The translations under genes and the position numbers were made by a program. A DNA stretch of 64,000 nt from Psilocybe cubensis (Eukaryota). Under the pieces are notes generated by a model. It was not told the origin of the DNA and did no database searches. It saw only the letters and a list, made by a program, of their open reading frames with translations. Location: positions 4,216,001 through 4,280,000 of the forward strand of contig CM038998.1 in the NCBI GenBank assembly GCA_017499595.2, read 5' to 3'. Shown in pieces: positions 1-13,591 of this stretch (position 1 is the first letter of the stretch; the number at the start of each line of letters is the position of its first letter).

Positions 1-1328
1 TTCCTAGCACGCCGAACTCGACTCTATCGCGTCGATAAGACTGACATGGGTGTTGCGCGTCAAAAATTTTCCGCGCTCGTTCAAGAGTGCATAGTTGGAA
101 ACCGGCGTCAGTCTAAGGCGGTAGAGTTTGCTATTCAAAGCTGGTGTGTGTGAATCATAACACAATGTCGCATTGACATCAATAAGTCGGACAGCAGCCA
201 TCCGCTTGCGGCGTTGTTCCGTTGGTTTTGAGAGCTTTTGGGAGTGGCGGGGTTCTACTCTAGCTTCACTTGCACTAATCCGTCGGGCTATTAAACGTGC
301 TACTCACAACACAACTATTCAAGTGAGTGAAAGTGTTAGCAAACATGCTAACTTATTTTTGACGCGGTGGTTCATTTCCTGGTAGAGCAAGGCCAAATGT
401 ACGATCTGGCTTCAGGCTAAACGTTAGGCCGCGGAAAAGTTAAAGTTCTGATCAACCTCCCTTTCTTTGTCTCTTATCGTCCACTGGATGAGAGTTCCTG
501 GTTCTTGCGTGATACTGTTTGCGTGCATGTTAGTACTATATAAACTGGTCTGATCGCAAATTTATCTGATTCTCACAGAATGTGTATGTTGTACTTTTGA
601 AGACAAAGCAATCAAAGAAATCTTTTCGCTTCTCATACCTGCAGAAATGAAGTTCATTACATTAGACTTCGTGTGAACATCTACAAACATCCGAGTCGGT
701 CAACATCGGATAATTCAAAGATAGCCCTAGATCGAAGAAGGCCGTCTTGTAATTGACACAAGCTGAGCGGTGTTCTTCAACCAACTCCTGTCTCAACTTT
801 AATGTTCAAGCCTCAACCCACCCCAAGGCTCAATCCTTATAGGGAGCACAGAGTAGATAAGGTAAATATGTTATTTTGAGCTTCGTATGTTTGAAGTTTG
901 TTGGTCACTTTTCTACAGAGGTTCGTCGCATCGTATCTTGTCATCCCGGCGATCGTCTGTCCTAATCCGTTGTCACGCCAAATGTTCCTGGCGTACCTTA
1001 TAATAATTACCTACGATGTCGTATGAAATGACATCGGGCCAAGCAAAAAATAGTACGAGACGGTATGTACGGAAAAAGCACTATCGCTATAAGCGTGGTG
1101 CCGCCATGCCACCTAGTTGCTGCACGGCGGCAGTGCAGATGCTTCGAAGTTCGACGGTTTCCAAAACGCCATTCCGAGTCATGAAAGGGATAATTGTCCC
1201 TGATACCATCTATTAAATACATAGCGCCGCTAAGTCCCCTTATACTTGATCTTGACCTTCACCTTGTATTTCGACACCACCTCTCACCGAAAGAATCCGT
1301 ATCATCTCTTACTTCTACAGACGGCAGA

Positions 1329-2226
1329 ATGACTGGTTCAACACCGCCTGTTCCATTCCCCGCCACCTCACAGACCCCTTCATTACCGTCCAATGGAAGT
1401 AATGTATCATTATCTCTGGTCAGTGCAACAATGGCAACGACGACGGCATCCCAGCAGGCGTCCGCACCGCAAGTCCGCGTCGGAGGTGCCCGTCCTCCTG
1501 TTCGTCCAGGGCTCGTTTATAACGTGGCCCCCCACCCTTCCCCTATGCCCCAGTCACCAAGTCAGATCCTAAACGCTGGACCCTCGATACAGCGCATGTC
1601 CAAGGTGTACTCTTCGACTGCTGAGGCAATCGCCAACTTCAAGCCAACGCCACGCGAGGTGATCAGTGGAATTGCACCACACGTGTTTGATGAGAGGAAA
1701 AGGAGGCGCAGTCAGCGGCGGAGTCAAGGACATGGAGCCCCAAAGCCATATTGGTATGAGAACGGGCAGAAAAGGTCGTCGCCTCTGCGAGGCGCGACTA
1801 TCATTGCATGGGACGAGCATTCGATTTATCTAGGTGAGTCTATCTGGTCCTCATTCACTGGCAGATATTGACATCTGTATCACAGAACAACCCGACCACA
1901 AGCGGGCGACGTCACCTGAGAAAAAGGTCGAACGCGAACTTACTCCTGGGTCCGAGACTGAGCAGGTGCAGGAATCGACCACGTCCGACCAAACAGAAAG
2001 AGTCATCATCAATAAACGTCGTGTCAAACTTGACAAATCTTCCGGCTGGAAGCATTTCCGTGTTGATATCCATCTTCTAAAGTCAGTCTACTGGTTTTCT
2101 CTATCTGAATTCCTGTGCTACCATCGCTTGGAAGGCGTTGCATGCATTTTTGAATCCAGTTATTGAGCGCATGCTGACGATGAATCTTGCTACGTAATCC
2201 ACAGGTCAATAGGAGTTAAATTGAAG
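1329..2226 (+). CDS. Hypothetical low-complexity (Pro/Ser/Thr-rich) protein, spliced; 3' end not resolved
   Basis: ORF 1194-1871 (ATG 1329) joins the 1834-2166 frame via a GTGAGT...CACAG intron (1834-1885); further donor-like sites follow. No recognisable domain. Confidence 0.35.
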
Positions 2227-4037
2227 TAAGCTATTCATCCGGACTCCGTTATCGTGCGGCCGCTGATGCAAGCGGTTTCGTCTTTTTTTGCTATCTGTAG
2301 ATTTGGACTGTCAGCCCCTTCAACAAAATCGTGAAATTCCCTTCACCCTTTCCTTAGACCTTTGGAATCATGAAACTACTAGATGCAAACAACCCTCCTT
2401 TCTCTTTCACCTTGCGGCCATGCTGCCCTCGTTTATCTACTTCCCTTGCGTTGGACACTTTCTACCTACCGCATCATCTATATTTCCATCCTCACTTTCC
2501 ATCTATCTATCAAATAGCCAACAGTCAACAATCAATTCTGTCTATGCTTGTCCTCTATGTGTAGTTTTATTTCCATTCACCCTATTCACAGCTTTCAGTG
2601 GCACTCTGTCTTCCTCCATTTCTACTGCTTCTCGGCGGTGTCACAACTGTTTCTATGCCTCATGTTTCTGCGATTACATCACATTTAAATTGTACAATAT
2701 TCAATATATTTTTATTACCCCTAGGCAGACATCTAATTGCGGTCTTTAACAACATTTGGTTTCGCTACGTCAAAAGCCGACCCAAGCCCGACTTCTAGTG
2801 AGATAATTGTACATTTCAGGCCGACTTGTTTGCTTGTACAATATAAATATATCTCCGCAACGGTGACATTAATAACTACAAATCATTGAAGTTGGATGAC
2901 TGCAAAATGACTAGTTTATTGACGGTTATAATCATTCCAAATCTATTGACCTAGAAGGCTCGTGAAAATCGGGATACTTACAGCTAATAACGCCGTATCG
3001 TCCAGATACGGGAGCACATAAGAGAATGTATCAAGACTAGAGGCTAATGTTAGATACTTACACTTCCACGGTTCCAACAGATCTCTGAAAATGGAAGAGG
3101 ATGATCTCCCAGTATGGAATACTCACTTCTAAATTTGTGTGTCCCAGATGATCGGACCTCTCGTTTGGTACACAGCGCCTAATACGTCAAAATGCCAAAG
3201 ATTAAACAGCCACCGGTTGCATTCCTCGAAGGATGATTGTGATAGTCAATATTTACTTTGTCTGCAACAATAGACAATTATGAGACAATTCTGAAACGTA
3301 ACGCAGGAGGACGACTCTGCACATCGCAGCAGTACTTGACAAACAGATGACTAGTAACTTGGATATCTTGATGGTCCTTGGTCTTGATTCTAGTGCCGTG
3401 AGGTGTCTAATATTCCCCCCCTTCCCCCCTCGAATGTGTGGCACAGCGATGTTCTTAAATATGAAGACATGTCAGCTGTCCTGGGCTACGCAGTTTGAAC
3501 CCCGTGTAACGAACTTTAAGATGGTGACAAATGATCTGAGGAGGGGAGGAAACGAGCGATGAATCAACTCAAAACCAAATTGGCTCAATTATTTTGCTAT
3601 CAGCAATAGTCAACAGAGCAATCCAGGTGAGGTTTTGGTAGGGTTCCATTCAGCAAGTCGCCAATGAGTTTTCAGACTCGATTTGATGCCGAGTCGACAT
3701 ATATACTTAGCACAGTTCTCATTTCGCGTCCACAGTCGTTTATTCGTGCCAGACCATCCAACTTGAGCTAATATCTTCGGTATCAAAGCACAAAACGCAT
3801 GCCAACGATGGCAAGGTGGATTGGTTGTGATACCCCAGGAGCCAAACGATTGTGTCCAATAAACCATAAAACGCGCTCGGCGTTTTCTTAGCGGAACTTC
3901 AAATTCGTATAATCTACACTCAGACTCGGCATACGCCGTTGAACTTCAACGACAACGTAATAGAGTATAGCACATCGTCTATCAGCACCTTCCAAGCAGA
4001 CCCAGTTTATTTTCATTTTTAACACAGTATTTTTTAA

Positions 4038-5234
4038 ATGCAGGTATTATATGAAAGCTTCTTCATCCATAGAAAAAGGAGCGATAATTCAAATGATGGA
4101 TCCGTGCCAATAGTCCAGTTACCAAGTACTAGAGAAGATCACGCAACATACATCCAATTGAACTACTGGGAGCGCCAAATTTATGAATACCTTACGACTC
4201 ACGCGGAGCTCAACCCACTCGCTCGCATGACGCATTTGAAATTAAATCATTGTTACTGGGATGGGCTGTACTAATTTTACGCGTATTGCCATAGTTTGCG
4301 ATCATCCAGCTCTTCTGAAGAATAAGATTAACTGTGAGGAGCTACTTGAATACTTGAACGAAATATATGGACTTGACGTTGAGAGGTATGCAAAGTAATT
4401 TGCAGATAATATTTACTCCATGTTGTTTAACACTTGTCTTCTGACGCATCATTTTAGACACGGGTCACTACCGGGATCCCATCTTTTCAATGATGTGTAT
4501 GGATCATCCAAGATTAGAGCTATGGCGTCCATATTCCAGGACCTTGAACCTGGAGATAAAGCTATAATTTTTGTTAGTATTCTTAATCCAACTCCTAAAC
4601 TTACAAGCTGATAGGTGATGCATTTCTCTCACAAACTAACTTCTCGACATTCATTCCTGCAATTACGGCGTCTCTCCCTCAAGCAAACATACAGTGGATA
4701 AAATGTATACTGGCCCCGCTTTGATACAACGTCGTTTGTACCTTTACGTATTTGCTTTTATAGGTTCCGGCGACATGGATATGAGAGCAAGGCAAGAGGC
4801 CTTAGAAAGAATAAAAACAGACGATAGATGTACTGTAATTGTTGTGTCCATCTTTGCAGGAGGAGTCGGTACGTATAGCATTCCACCTTTTGTAACCTAT
4901 AGTAACATCCTTAGGCCTTAATATCACATCATGCAACCGTGTTATACTCATGGAGCTTTGGTGGAACCCTTCGATTGGTGTTCGCAATTTTTGACACTTA
5001 TGTGTATAAGAATTCTCAAATTCATGACAGGAGCAAGTGGTATGCCGGGTATACCGAACCGGACAGGAGAAAGCCGTCGATGTTTATGCTCTGTTTACAG
5101 AAAATAATTACGAGGAGCACATAAAAGTGGCAAGTAGTCAGATTCTGACAATTTTCTCGCATGTATGTTAAGTCAAATTATAGGTACAGGAAGTCAAGCG
5201 TCATCTTATCCAATATTTAAACGAGTCGCTCTGA
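4038..5234 (+). pseudogene. Truncated SNF2-family paralog: C-terminal helicase lobe only
   Basis: Spliced segments give SSKIRAM..GDKAIIF, SIFAGGVGLNITSCNRVILMELWWNP and QVVCRVYRTGQ, collinear with the 3' half of the neighbouring SNF2 gene. No Walker A or DExH exons were found upstream. Stop TGA 5232-5234; 5' limit approximate. Confidence 0.6.
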
Positions 5235-6486
5235 GAGTATGCTTGTCTCCAACACTGGTTCCGAGTACTTGGTACTTGTGGCGGTGGCCTTAACATCCTA
5301 GACTCATGATGTTTTTGGTCCTTGAGGTAACTAAATAATTAGTGATATAGCCTCTTTGAGTTTGCAGATATTCTCATGAGACATCTATACGACTCCCATC
5401 TCTTCCCATCTCTGTATATAAACACGACGAACAAACCTATTTCATGACTTTCTTATTTCGCCAAAATCTCCAATGAGATGTGATCTCTAATGCCATAGTG
5501 TTTCTTTATAACATCATAAATTTCTCCAAGCCTTACACTGTGGGAGTCAAGTTCGTGTAACGCGACGTGAGCACGTGACAGAAATCTTGCAATTAAAAAG
5601 GAAAGAGTTTTCCCACTGTTGACTCGAATCCGCCAGTTCGTATTGTGTCAAAGCCAGGTCACTGGTGCGAGCCAAGTGCGAGCATTCCGCTTTCAACACC
5701 ATAACCGTCGGGCAGTACCTCTGACCCCTTTGTCGTCCCTTCCTGTCTTGAAGCTTTCTACTAATGAGTCAGATTTGAGTCACAGAAGTGCCAGCCACAG
5801 CGATGATGATGATTCCTGTTTTGTTAGTACTTCACCAACTCCGATTTTCGCGGCTACCGTGCCACATAATGGTACCCAAAGTCCCAGATAGCCCACGACA
5901 GCTGCGACCCATTTACTGGATTCAGCCTTTAAAGCGCAAAATGTAGCCTGGTGGCGTGTACATGGAATTTGCCGGCGTGGAACCATTGTCTGACTCGATG
6001 ACTTTACCGACTAGAATGCTGTGTTTCTCGCACGTCACTGACACAATGAATTTGGCGCCTCTTGCTGCAGACGACAACAATTGGCTTTCAATCCGCAACC
6101 AGTTTTATCTTGCAGCACACGGACCATATATGGGGCAAACAGATCTTGTATCTTGCCAGTTACTACTGCCTTGGCGCTTTTGACAAAGGCAACGGGACTG
6201 GAGGTTGAAACACGGGGATTGGCCTATTGGCCTACATTGTTATTTACTGTTGACCAGAATTAGTAAAGGCCCCTGAGCACTACTAAATCCGAGATGGATT
6301 TGCTTAAAGACCTCCGTTTTGACTTGACGGGGATCCCACTTTTCTTTGTCTTGCCTTCTTCCCTCACTCTTCCCTCCTGTGGCACTGATAACACTTTCTT
6401 AACCGATTTCACATCTACTCCATCCATATGCACTCTCGTTCTAATCCACCAACGGAGTGGCGCACACAAGAGGGTGAAGATTCTCC

Positions 6487-9400
6487 ATGCACGCCGTCCA
6501 GACGAGCAGGACATCGAGTAAGCTTTGGCAACAGTTGGATTTGATCAGTAGATGATAGCCTACTTGCATGATTCTTCAGCCAGTCACTCCCTCCAACAAA
6601 TTTGTGAGAAACCCTCAGCTCGCCTACCCATCACCTTCTACTCCCCCGCGACACGGAAAGATTTTCGTAAGTATCACCAATGAAGTTTTGCATGAACTAG
6701 TGGTCGCGTTGTTAATCAAAGTATAGAGAAATGACAGTCTTACTCCCCGAAATGCTCCAATAACACCCCAAAGGGACATTCATGGAGAATCTCATTCCAG
6801 TGGCGCTCAATCCCGGGTAATTTTTTCTGGTAAAATAAGAGACATATTGGTGAAGTGAATCCCAGTATCCAAATTTCCTTGAATTGACGCGCTTTCTCCG
6901 TGTGATGATTGCAATTTCAGGCTGTCAATTCTCATCCTGTCAAACAAGAACTGGCGTTTAATCATCTCTCAACGCCGCCGACTACACCCATCGTTCGTTC
7001 TAGTAAGCCTGCTTTAGAATATACCCCCGTGAAAGGAATGTACACCAGCAACCCAACCCCAACAAGCTGGCCTAGCCCTGAGCCGAGTCCATCCTCTTCC
7101 CGTGTAACACGCTCAAGGCAGAAAATTGGAGATGATCGCTCCCAAAGCCTCACCGTCCTTTCTCCAGGTCAACCTGATAGTACTGCTTCCCCCGCACTCT
7201 CCAGGGGAAAACCGTCCATTAAGTTGGAAGAGTTGGAATTTGAAGATTCGGAGATCTTCAGCATACCGAGTTCGATTCGGGCTCCTTCTACTACGCGTTC
7301 TTTACCAAGAGCATCTCAGACTTTTCTTCCAGAACTTGCTCGACCGACAACCCGGTCTCAAACTCGGGTTGCTGCGCCGCTGCCCGAGGTCGCAAAGGAA
7401 GCTGAACAACCGTTATTTGTGCACAATGATTCTCTTTTCATATTCAAAAATGGGCAAAGGCTTCGATCCTTTCAAGCAATTGATTTGCATTTTCTCATTG
7501 ACCGGGAACAAGGCGAAAAGGTGTGTGGCACCGATGAAGTCAATGATATTGGGTATGTCATCGCATATGACATGGGGTCCGTATTCCTTGCCGTAGATGA
7601 CTTTTTGTAGTTTGAAAGGCTTATGGTGTTTATATCGACAGGTGCGGTAAGACCGCAATCTCAATCGCGCTAATTGTGTGTCGTCCTCCCCCAAAAGATT
7701 TTAAGGGTGCCAAAGCAACACTGTAAGCAATTGATTCTAATTATTGCCAATGTGAACATATGTTGATGAACATCCGCTTCACAGGGTCATTGTACCATCA
7801 AAAGGTATAATGGACCATTGGGTGAAGGAAGCGCAGAAATTTGCTCCTCAATTAGTCGTTTGTTTTTACGATAGCTACAAGGCCAATATGTGTAAGCATT
7901 TTCTCTCTTGGTTTGGAAACCTCTGACGAGTCCTACATCCAGCAACAAATGCAGACATTGTTGTAAGTGCCAGAGCACTTTCTATCCCTGATTCGACATC
8001 ATTGATCTGTTAACAGCTTTGTACTTATACCCAAGTGCAGCGTCAATATGACGCCTTCGCACCGGATCCAGATGCATCACCCCCAAAGGCTCAAAAACCA
8101 GAGAAATACTGGCCTCTCTACAAGCATGGTTGGTTTAGAGTTATAGCTGGTGAGATGAAAAGTTTCCACTGTTTGATGAGAATTGCGCGTATATTATTTT
8201 TCTGTGCTGTAGATGAAGCTCATCAGTTCCGAAATCCGGAAACAAAGACGGCTAAAGCAATGTGGGCCATTCGGAAGAAGCACGGCCTTTGCCTTACTGG
8301 AACTCCTGCTCAGGTAAGACACATTTCAAAATGAATTCAACAGCAACCCAAATCCAATTAACACTCCTTTTGTTAGAATTCCTTTCTGGACTACTATCCC
8401 TTGATTAGGTTTCTTGAAGTAACCTACGAGAAACTCAACAGTCAAATTCGATACGAAAGCTTGATCTACGCAAAGAAGCAAAAGGGGGATCCCACCACTT
8501 CTGCAAGACGCTTATTAGATGTACGCTTAATATTCTTTTTCAGCTCCATGACTGTTATCTTACACATATCCTTTACACTGCCTCAATATACGCATCGCAG
8601 GAAATAGAGGGCTCCTTTTTTATTTTCCGAAAGAAGGATGATCCGACTGAGGATGGAAAACCTTTAGTGCCCTTACCTCCTCGTAGAGATCAGTATATCT
8701 ATGTGGAATTGACATACTGGGAACGCATCGCTTACCAGCACGTCAAAGATCTTCCCCTTAGTATTTTTGCTAAGATCACACACTTACGGCAAGGTAGATA
8801 TACTCTAGTATTCTCCTGCGGTTTCCTGCGCTAATTCACGATGTAACCTGTAGCTTGTGATCACCCAGTTCTTGTGTCAGAAATTGTCAATTCTAGTATT
8901 TTTGGCGAGGAAGACGATGAAGAGTACAATGATAGGCAAGTCGCATAGCTTCTATTAGATCAGATTTACCCTTGACTTCTTAGGTCCTAGGTGCTTCTCA
9001 TTCTCAACACGGGGCATATTTCATGAGGAATATGCTTCATCAAGAATGTTAGCAATGCTAAATATTCTGACTGCGCGAAAAAAGGGCGACAAAACGATTA
9101 TTTTCGTGAGTGTGGCAGCGTCGAGACTTGAGCTTGGGCGCTTGCGTGATGGCTGAGGCTAATGCCTTTCTTCCTAATCTTAATCTAGACGCATTTCACA
9201 AGGCTTATCCGCCCAATCACTCGTGCGCTTATCCACGCTGATATAGAATGGACAGAATGTTAGTATGCTCTCTGATACTGTGCTACCAGCATAACAAATT
9301 GTTCCCGCAATCCCCAGACACAGGCAACATGAGTCCACAGGCCCGACGGGACGCGTTAAAGGAGATCCAAACCGACGAAAACTGCACTGTCATTATCATT

Positions 9401-9885
9401 TCTATTAAGGCAGGTGGAGTAGGTGAGTTTTGTGGCAATGCTTGAGCAGACAGAAATGTCCTGATATTCCTGTTGGACATCAAAAGGGCTTAATATTCTG
9501 GCTTGTAATTCTGTCATTCTCATGGACCCTTGGTGGAACCCATACTTTGAGGTACAGCATCTTTTGCAGCCACTTGATATGCATCCTCATTACCATTTTT
9601 TACTCGGTAGGAGCAAGCTATTGCCCGTGTTCACCGCATTGGACAGAAAAAGGATGTGGAGATATATCACCTCATTGTAAAGAATAGTCTCGAGGAGCAC
9701 ATCATGGAGGTAAGCCACTTATTTTGTGTGCTTGTCGTCTTGTCGCTCAGATCATGTAGACGCAAAAGAAGAAACGTCAGATGATAGAGGGTGGACGGTC
9801 CGACGTTAAATTTGAGCCTAAAGCTGAACTGGACGCCGAGACAATGCGTTCCTGGCTATGCGAAACAAAAGCCGAACAAGACTGA
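6487..9885 (+). CDS. SNF2-family ATP-dependent helicase/translocase (Rad5/16-like group), multi-exon; start uncertain
   Basis: Spliced motifs AYDMG|CGKT (Walker A), WFRVIA|DEAH, CLTGTPAQN, LRQACDHP, SIKAGGVGLN..CNSVILMDPWWNP and EQAIARVHRIGQ; stop TGA 9883-9885. Confidence 0.85.
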
Positions 9886-10173
9886 TGTGCTGTTTTGTTC
9901 CGAACACTGTGCAGAGAAGAGAGGGGTGTTTGGCAGTTGCCGTCAAAACTTTTGCTCCAGTATCTCGTACCTGCCATTTGTACGTATTGCTCTGTGCTCA
10001 TATCGTGTATTCCTCCACTCCCTGTATACCTATCGCCTGGCTCAGACTATCAGTGACTGTACATACTAGTGTTGTAAATTTTTGCAAATTTTATTTTTCC
10101 CAACTACTACATACTGTTACAATTTCCAATCCTGGGCGTTTTAAATTAATTTTTAACGAACCGCCATACTTTG

Positions 10174-13016
10174 TTAAAAGTATCCCGTTCGTGTCGATGG
10201 CGTAAATATTGGTAGCGGATGCGCCTGAATAAACAAGGAAGCAAGCGAACGAGTCAGTTCATTATCTTTCTGGTGTTCTAGAGCGAAGAGCATCGCCCAA
10301 AAGGAAACAAAGATGATGCATTTACCTCAGTGTTGAAGACATATTCTAGAAAAAGCACCAACGTGGGCGAAAGTACCAATCAGTAACCTTTGATCGACAG
10401 CTACGTGAAGCAAAAAGAGGACATACGATTAAGGGGAAGCACACTAGCGTCGGAGAAGAGAAGGTACAGGTATTTCAAAGTCTCGCTCTATAAATAGATC
10501 GAACTGTCATTGCAAACCAGGATAACGAAAGGGAAGAGACGAACCACAAAGAAGGTCTCCATTTTATCCATCTTGATTGAGTTGACGTTATCAACGTTCA
10601 AAAGAGAAGCGTATCCTCCATCCTCGATGCGGCAGTATTTTTCTATTGACTGGAAAATCTTCCAACCGTATTCTCGATACTTGGGATTTCCTGTGAGGCG
10701 GTACGCGATGAAAAGGGATTCAACTGTTTCTGGTCTGGATTGTCACAAAAAGTCATAAGGGTTGGATCTAAAGTACTATGATACATATAGTTACCGTAGG
10801 AGGTAGCGAGCATCATAGGAGGGCTGCCCTGGGAATCTATTGGAGTGATTAGAACATTCAGCAGCTGGGACGTTTTAGTTAGATCGGACACGTACGTGTT
10901 ACCCTTGATATACCAATCACGCTCTTTATCGTAGATGTAACGATCTTCTTCTGTCCAGAAATGCGCGATCTCAGGAGAAAGACCCCTAGAAGACATTTAA
11001 TAGGAAGACGTATGAAATGGAAAGAGGTGCTTACGTTTTTGTGTCATATGTATCTACACAAGTCTCAATGAGATCGTGCCCAAGTTGCCAATCCTTTTGG
11101 CCTGTCGGAGTGAGTTCTTCAGGACGGGGTGGGACGGACACAGAGGATCCGGAGGCAGCAGTTGTGGTCGCGCCAAGCATCAAAGAGCCGCCCAAGAAGC
11201 ACACAAGATGGTCTTGCTTGGGAGAGAGTCTCCATTGTCTAGGAAGGAGAACGAAATGATTCCAATACTTTCTTTGAACTGAACAATATGAAAGCTTACA
11301 CCTGTCCATCTGCTTGACGTTCAGGCAGAACCTCCGTGGTAAAGACGTGACCCTTGTTCAAACCTCTCTTGACAAGCGTGGTATGTATGGCATCCATGGT
11401 TTGTTGGTACATCTAACATAGAAAAGAAAGGATTGCTATGAAGCCACAACCACAAAACAAAGGCAAAATTTAACCTACTTCAAGGTATGCGGGTTCTGAT
11501 TTATTCTGATTTCAAGCCACGGTCAGAATAGATTCATTGTAAAAAATTAGGAGCAAAATCTTACTGTCTGCAAATACTGCTTTCTAGAAAAATGTCAGTG
11601 AAGATTTTGAATCAGTGTCAAGGTAAGCCTACAATAGATATTCATAGAAGGAGTCTCCTCTTGAACCTAATCGGATTTCTGAAAACAAGAATTGACCAGT
11701 TTCTGCACTATAAAGATAAAATAAAAACCGGTTCATCAGCAATGGAGCATAATTATAGACAACAAGAAGGAACCCACCTCAGATATATGGGAGCCAGCCC
11801 GGAAGGCAGTTTTGTTGCCTTGATGACCTTCATTACCTGGAAAACACCTCGCGTTAGCGCTGTTCCGATATACTTTTCAAGCAACGAAGTTTATTCTTAC
11901 TCCTTCAGCTTTATCCCAATACGTGTCATCGTCTGTCAAGAAGCTCAGATAACGGAGTTCCAGTTGTAATGTTGATGCCTCCGCGGTGCTGACTAGGTAT
12001 GGGTAATTTGGGTCATCCACTCCCTTACGCAGTTTGAGGTTGACCATGGAGTACGGTAGGCCGGAGGGCGTCTCAAATGCGGGCATCATCCTGTCTGCGA
12101 GGTCTTTCGCCTTTTCCAAAAATATGGGATCCTCATCTGAGAGGTGGTATGCCGTAAGCAGACCACCTAAAACGCGAATTGTGGTCTAAAAAACCAAAAG
12201 CGAGGATGAGATAACTGGAAGCCAGGGTAAAACTGAAGCTCACCTCGAAGGTGTTGAAGTGTCCATCCCTGTCAAAGGTGAGGTTATTCGCAACCCAGTC
12301 CCGTGCACGCTGGTACTCGTCCTGGAGACCCATAATTTGCATAGTGTCTATGGCATCGACAATCATATAGCCTATTCCTCCGTCATCCACCAGGTTTGTG
12401 CCTTTCTTCGACAAAGGATGATATTCGTCTTGTCCCATCGCGTCCCGTTCTAATCACAAACGCAATGATTATTGAGACAATGCCATTGGACTTCAGGCGC
12501 CTAAGGTAACTGACCATAAGCTGACCATGCATGCTGTTCAAAAATGAAACCCATTGGTATTTGCTGCACCCAAACACAGTAAAAAACGCACTTTAAACGC
12601 CTTCACGACTTCATCTCGTTTGGGAATGTCAGCCGCTATTACAGGTGCACTTTGTGAAGAGTTTCTGAAGCTGGCTACGCCGTCTAAGTGCGCATATGTG
12701 TCCACAGATGACGAGGGGGCGCCGAAATAAGCATTGAGTGTGCCTGTCTGTAACCAACATGTAAGTCCACAACGTCCGGGGAAGAAACATCACAACCAGA
12801 GCTAGGTTGGATGCACTTCCTACACACCTGATACAAATACACCAATAATGCCAGCACCACCGACACAATGGCGGACCTTCCAAACGTCGCTGGCTGCGTG
12901 TCCTGCTGAGCTAATTTCTTCTTCCCAAGGTTTTCCTTAGCCGACGACGCTGTACCCTTGAGTTCATCCTGGACCACAGAATGCCCATTGCTAGTGTCCG
13001 ATGTTGATTCTGTCAT
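10174..13016 (-). CDS. MNS1: Glycoside hydrolase family 47 class I alpha-1,2-mannosidase (ER Mns1-like), multi-exon
   Basis: N-terminal membrane anchor (AIVSVVLALLVYL), IVDAIDT, NTFE|TTIRVLGGLL, TAEASTLQLE, DHLVCFLGG, RPETVES and YVFNTE|AHPLP; stop 10174-10176. Confidence 0.92.
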
Positions 13017-13591
13017 TGCAGGAGAAAGCAAGCGGTGTACAGAGACACGTCAGCTTGACAGAACTTATAAAACGAAGCCCCTGATTGTGCTGGTGTGGAA
13101 GATGTATTAATATAGCCGACTTTTAGCCAACCGCGTCGCTGTCATGTATCACGCGGACATAGGATCACAACGTCCGGAAACCACATTTCCTCCATCTCCT
13201 CCACCATCACTGGCATGTCCTCTTAACTCGAAATTTGCTCGACAATTTTGAATCCACGCAAGGTTCTTTTGTGTTCAAATGAGGGTGTGTCTCAATCTCA
13301 AATGGCAAAGATTTCGATGAAAGAGAGGCCTAACGTTGCAGCTTGGGCACAAATGTACGGTACAGAAGGTTATGGCGCCGAGAGGTGGCTTGGCAAACTA
13401 GTGCACGGTACTGCGTCCAGTGGGTTCAGACTACCGGAATAAAAGTCGGTTTTGCATCGGAATAATTTAGAACGGACACGTATACATCGCAAGAGTTGTC
13501 CTTGACGCTTTCAACCCTGCACACATATGAACACTCTTGGATGCTCGGTGTGGCCAAGCTACGAGTTGTTGAAGAAATTTTATTAATGAAA

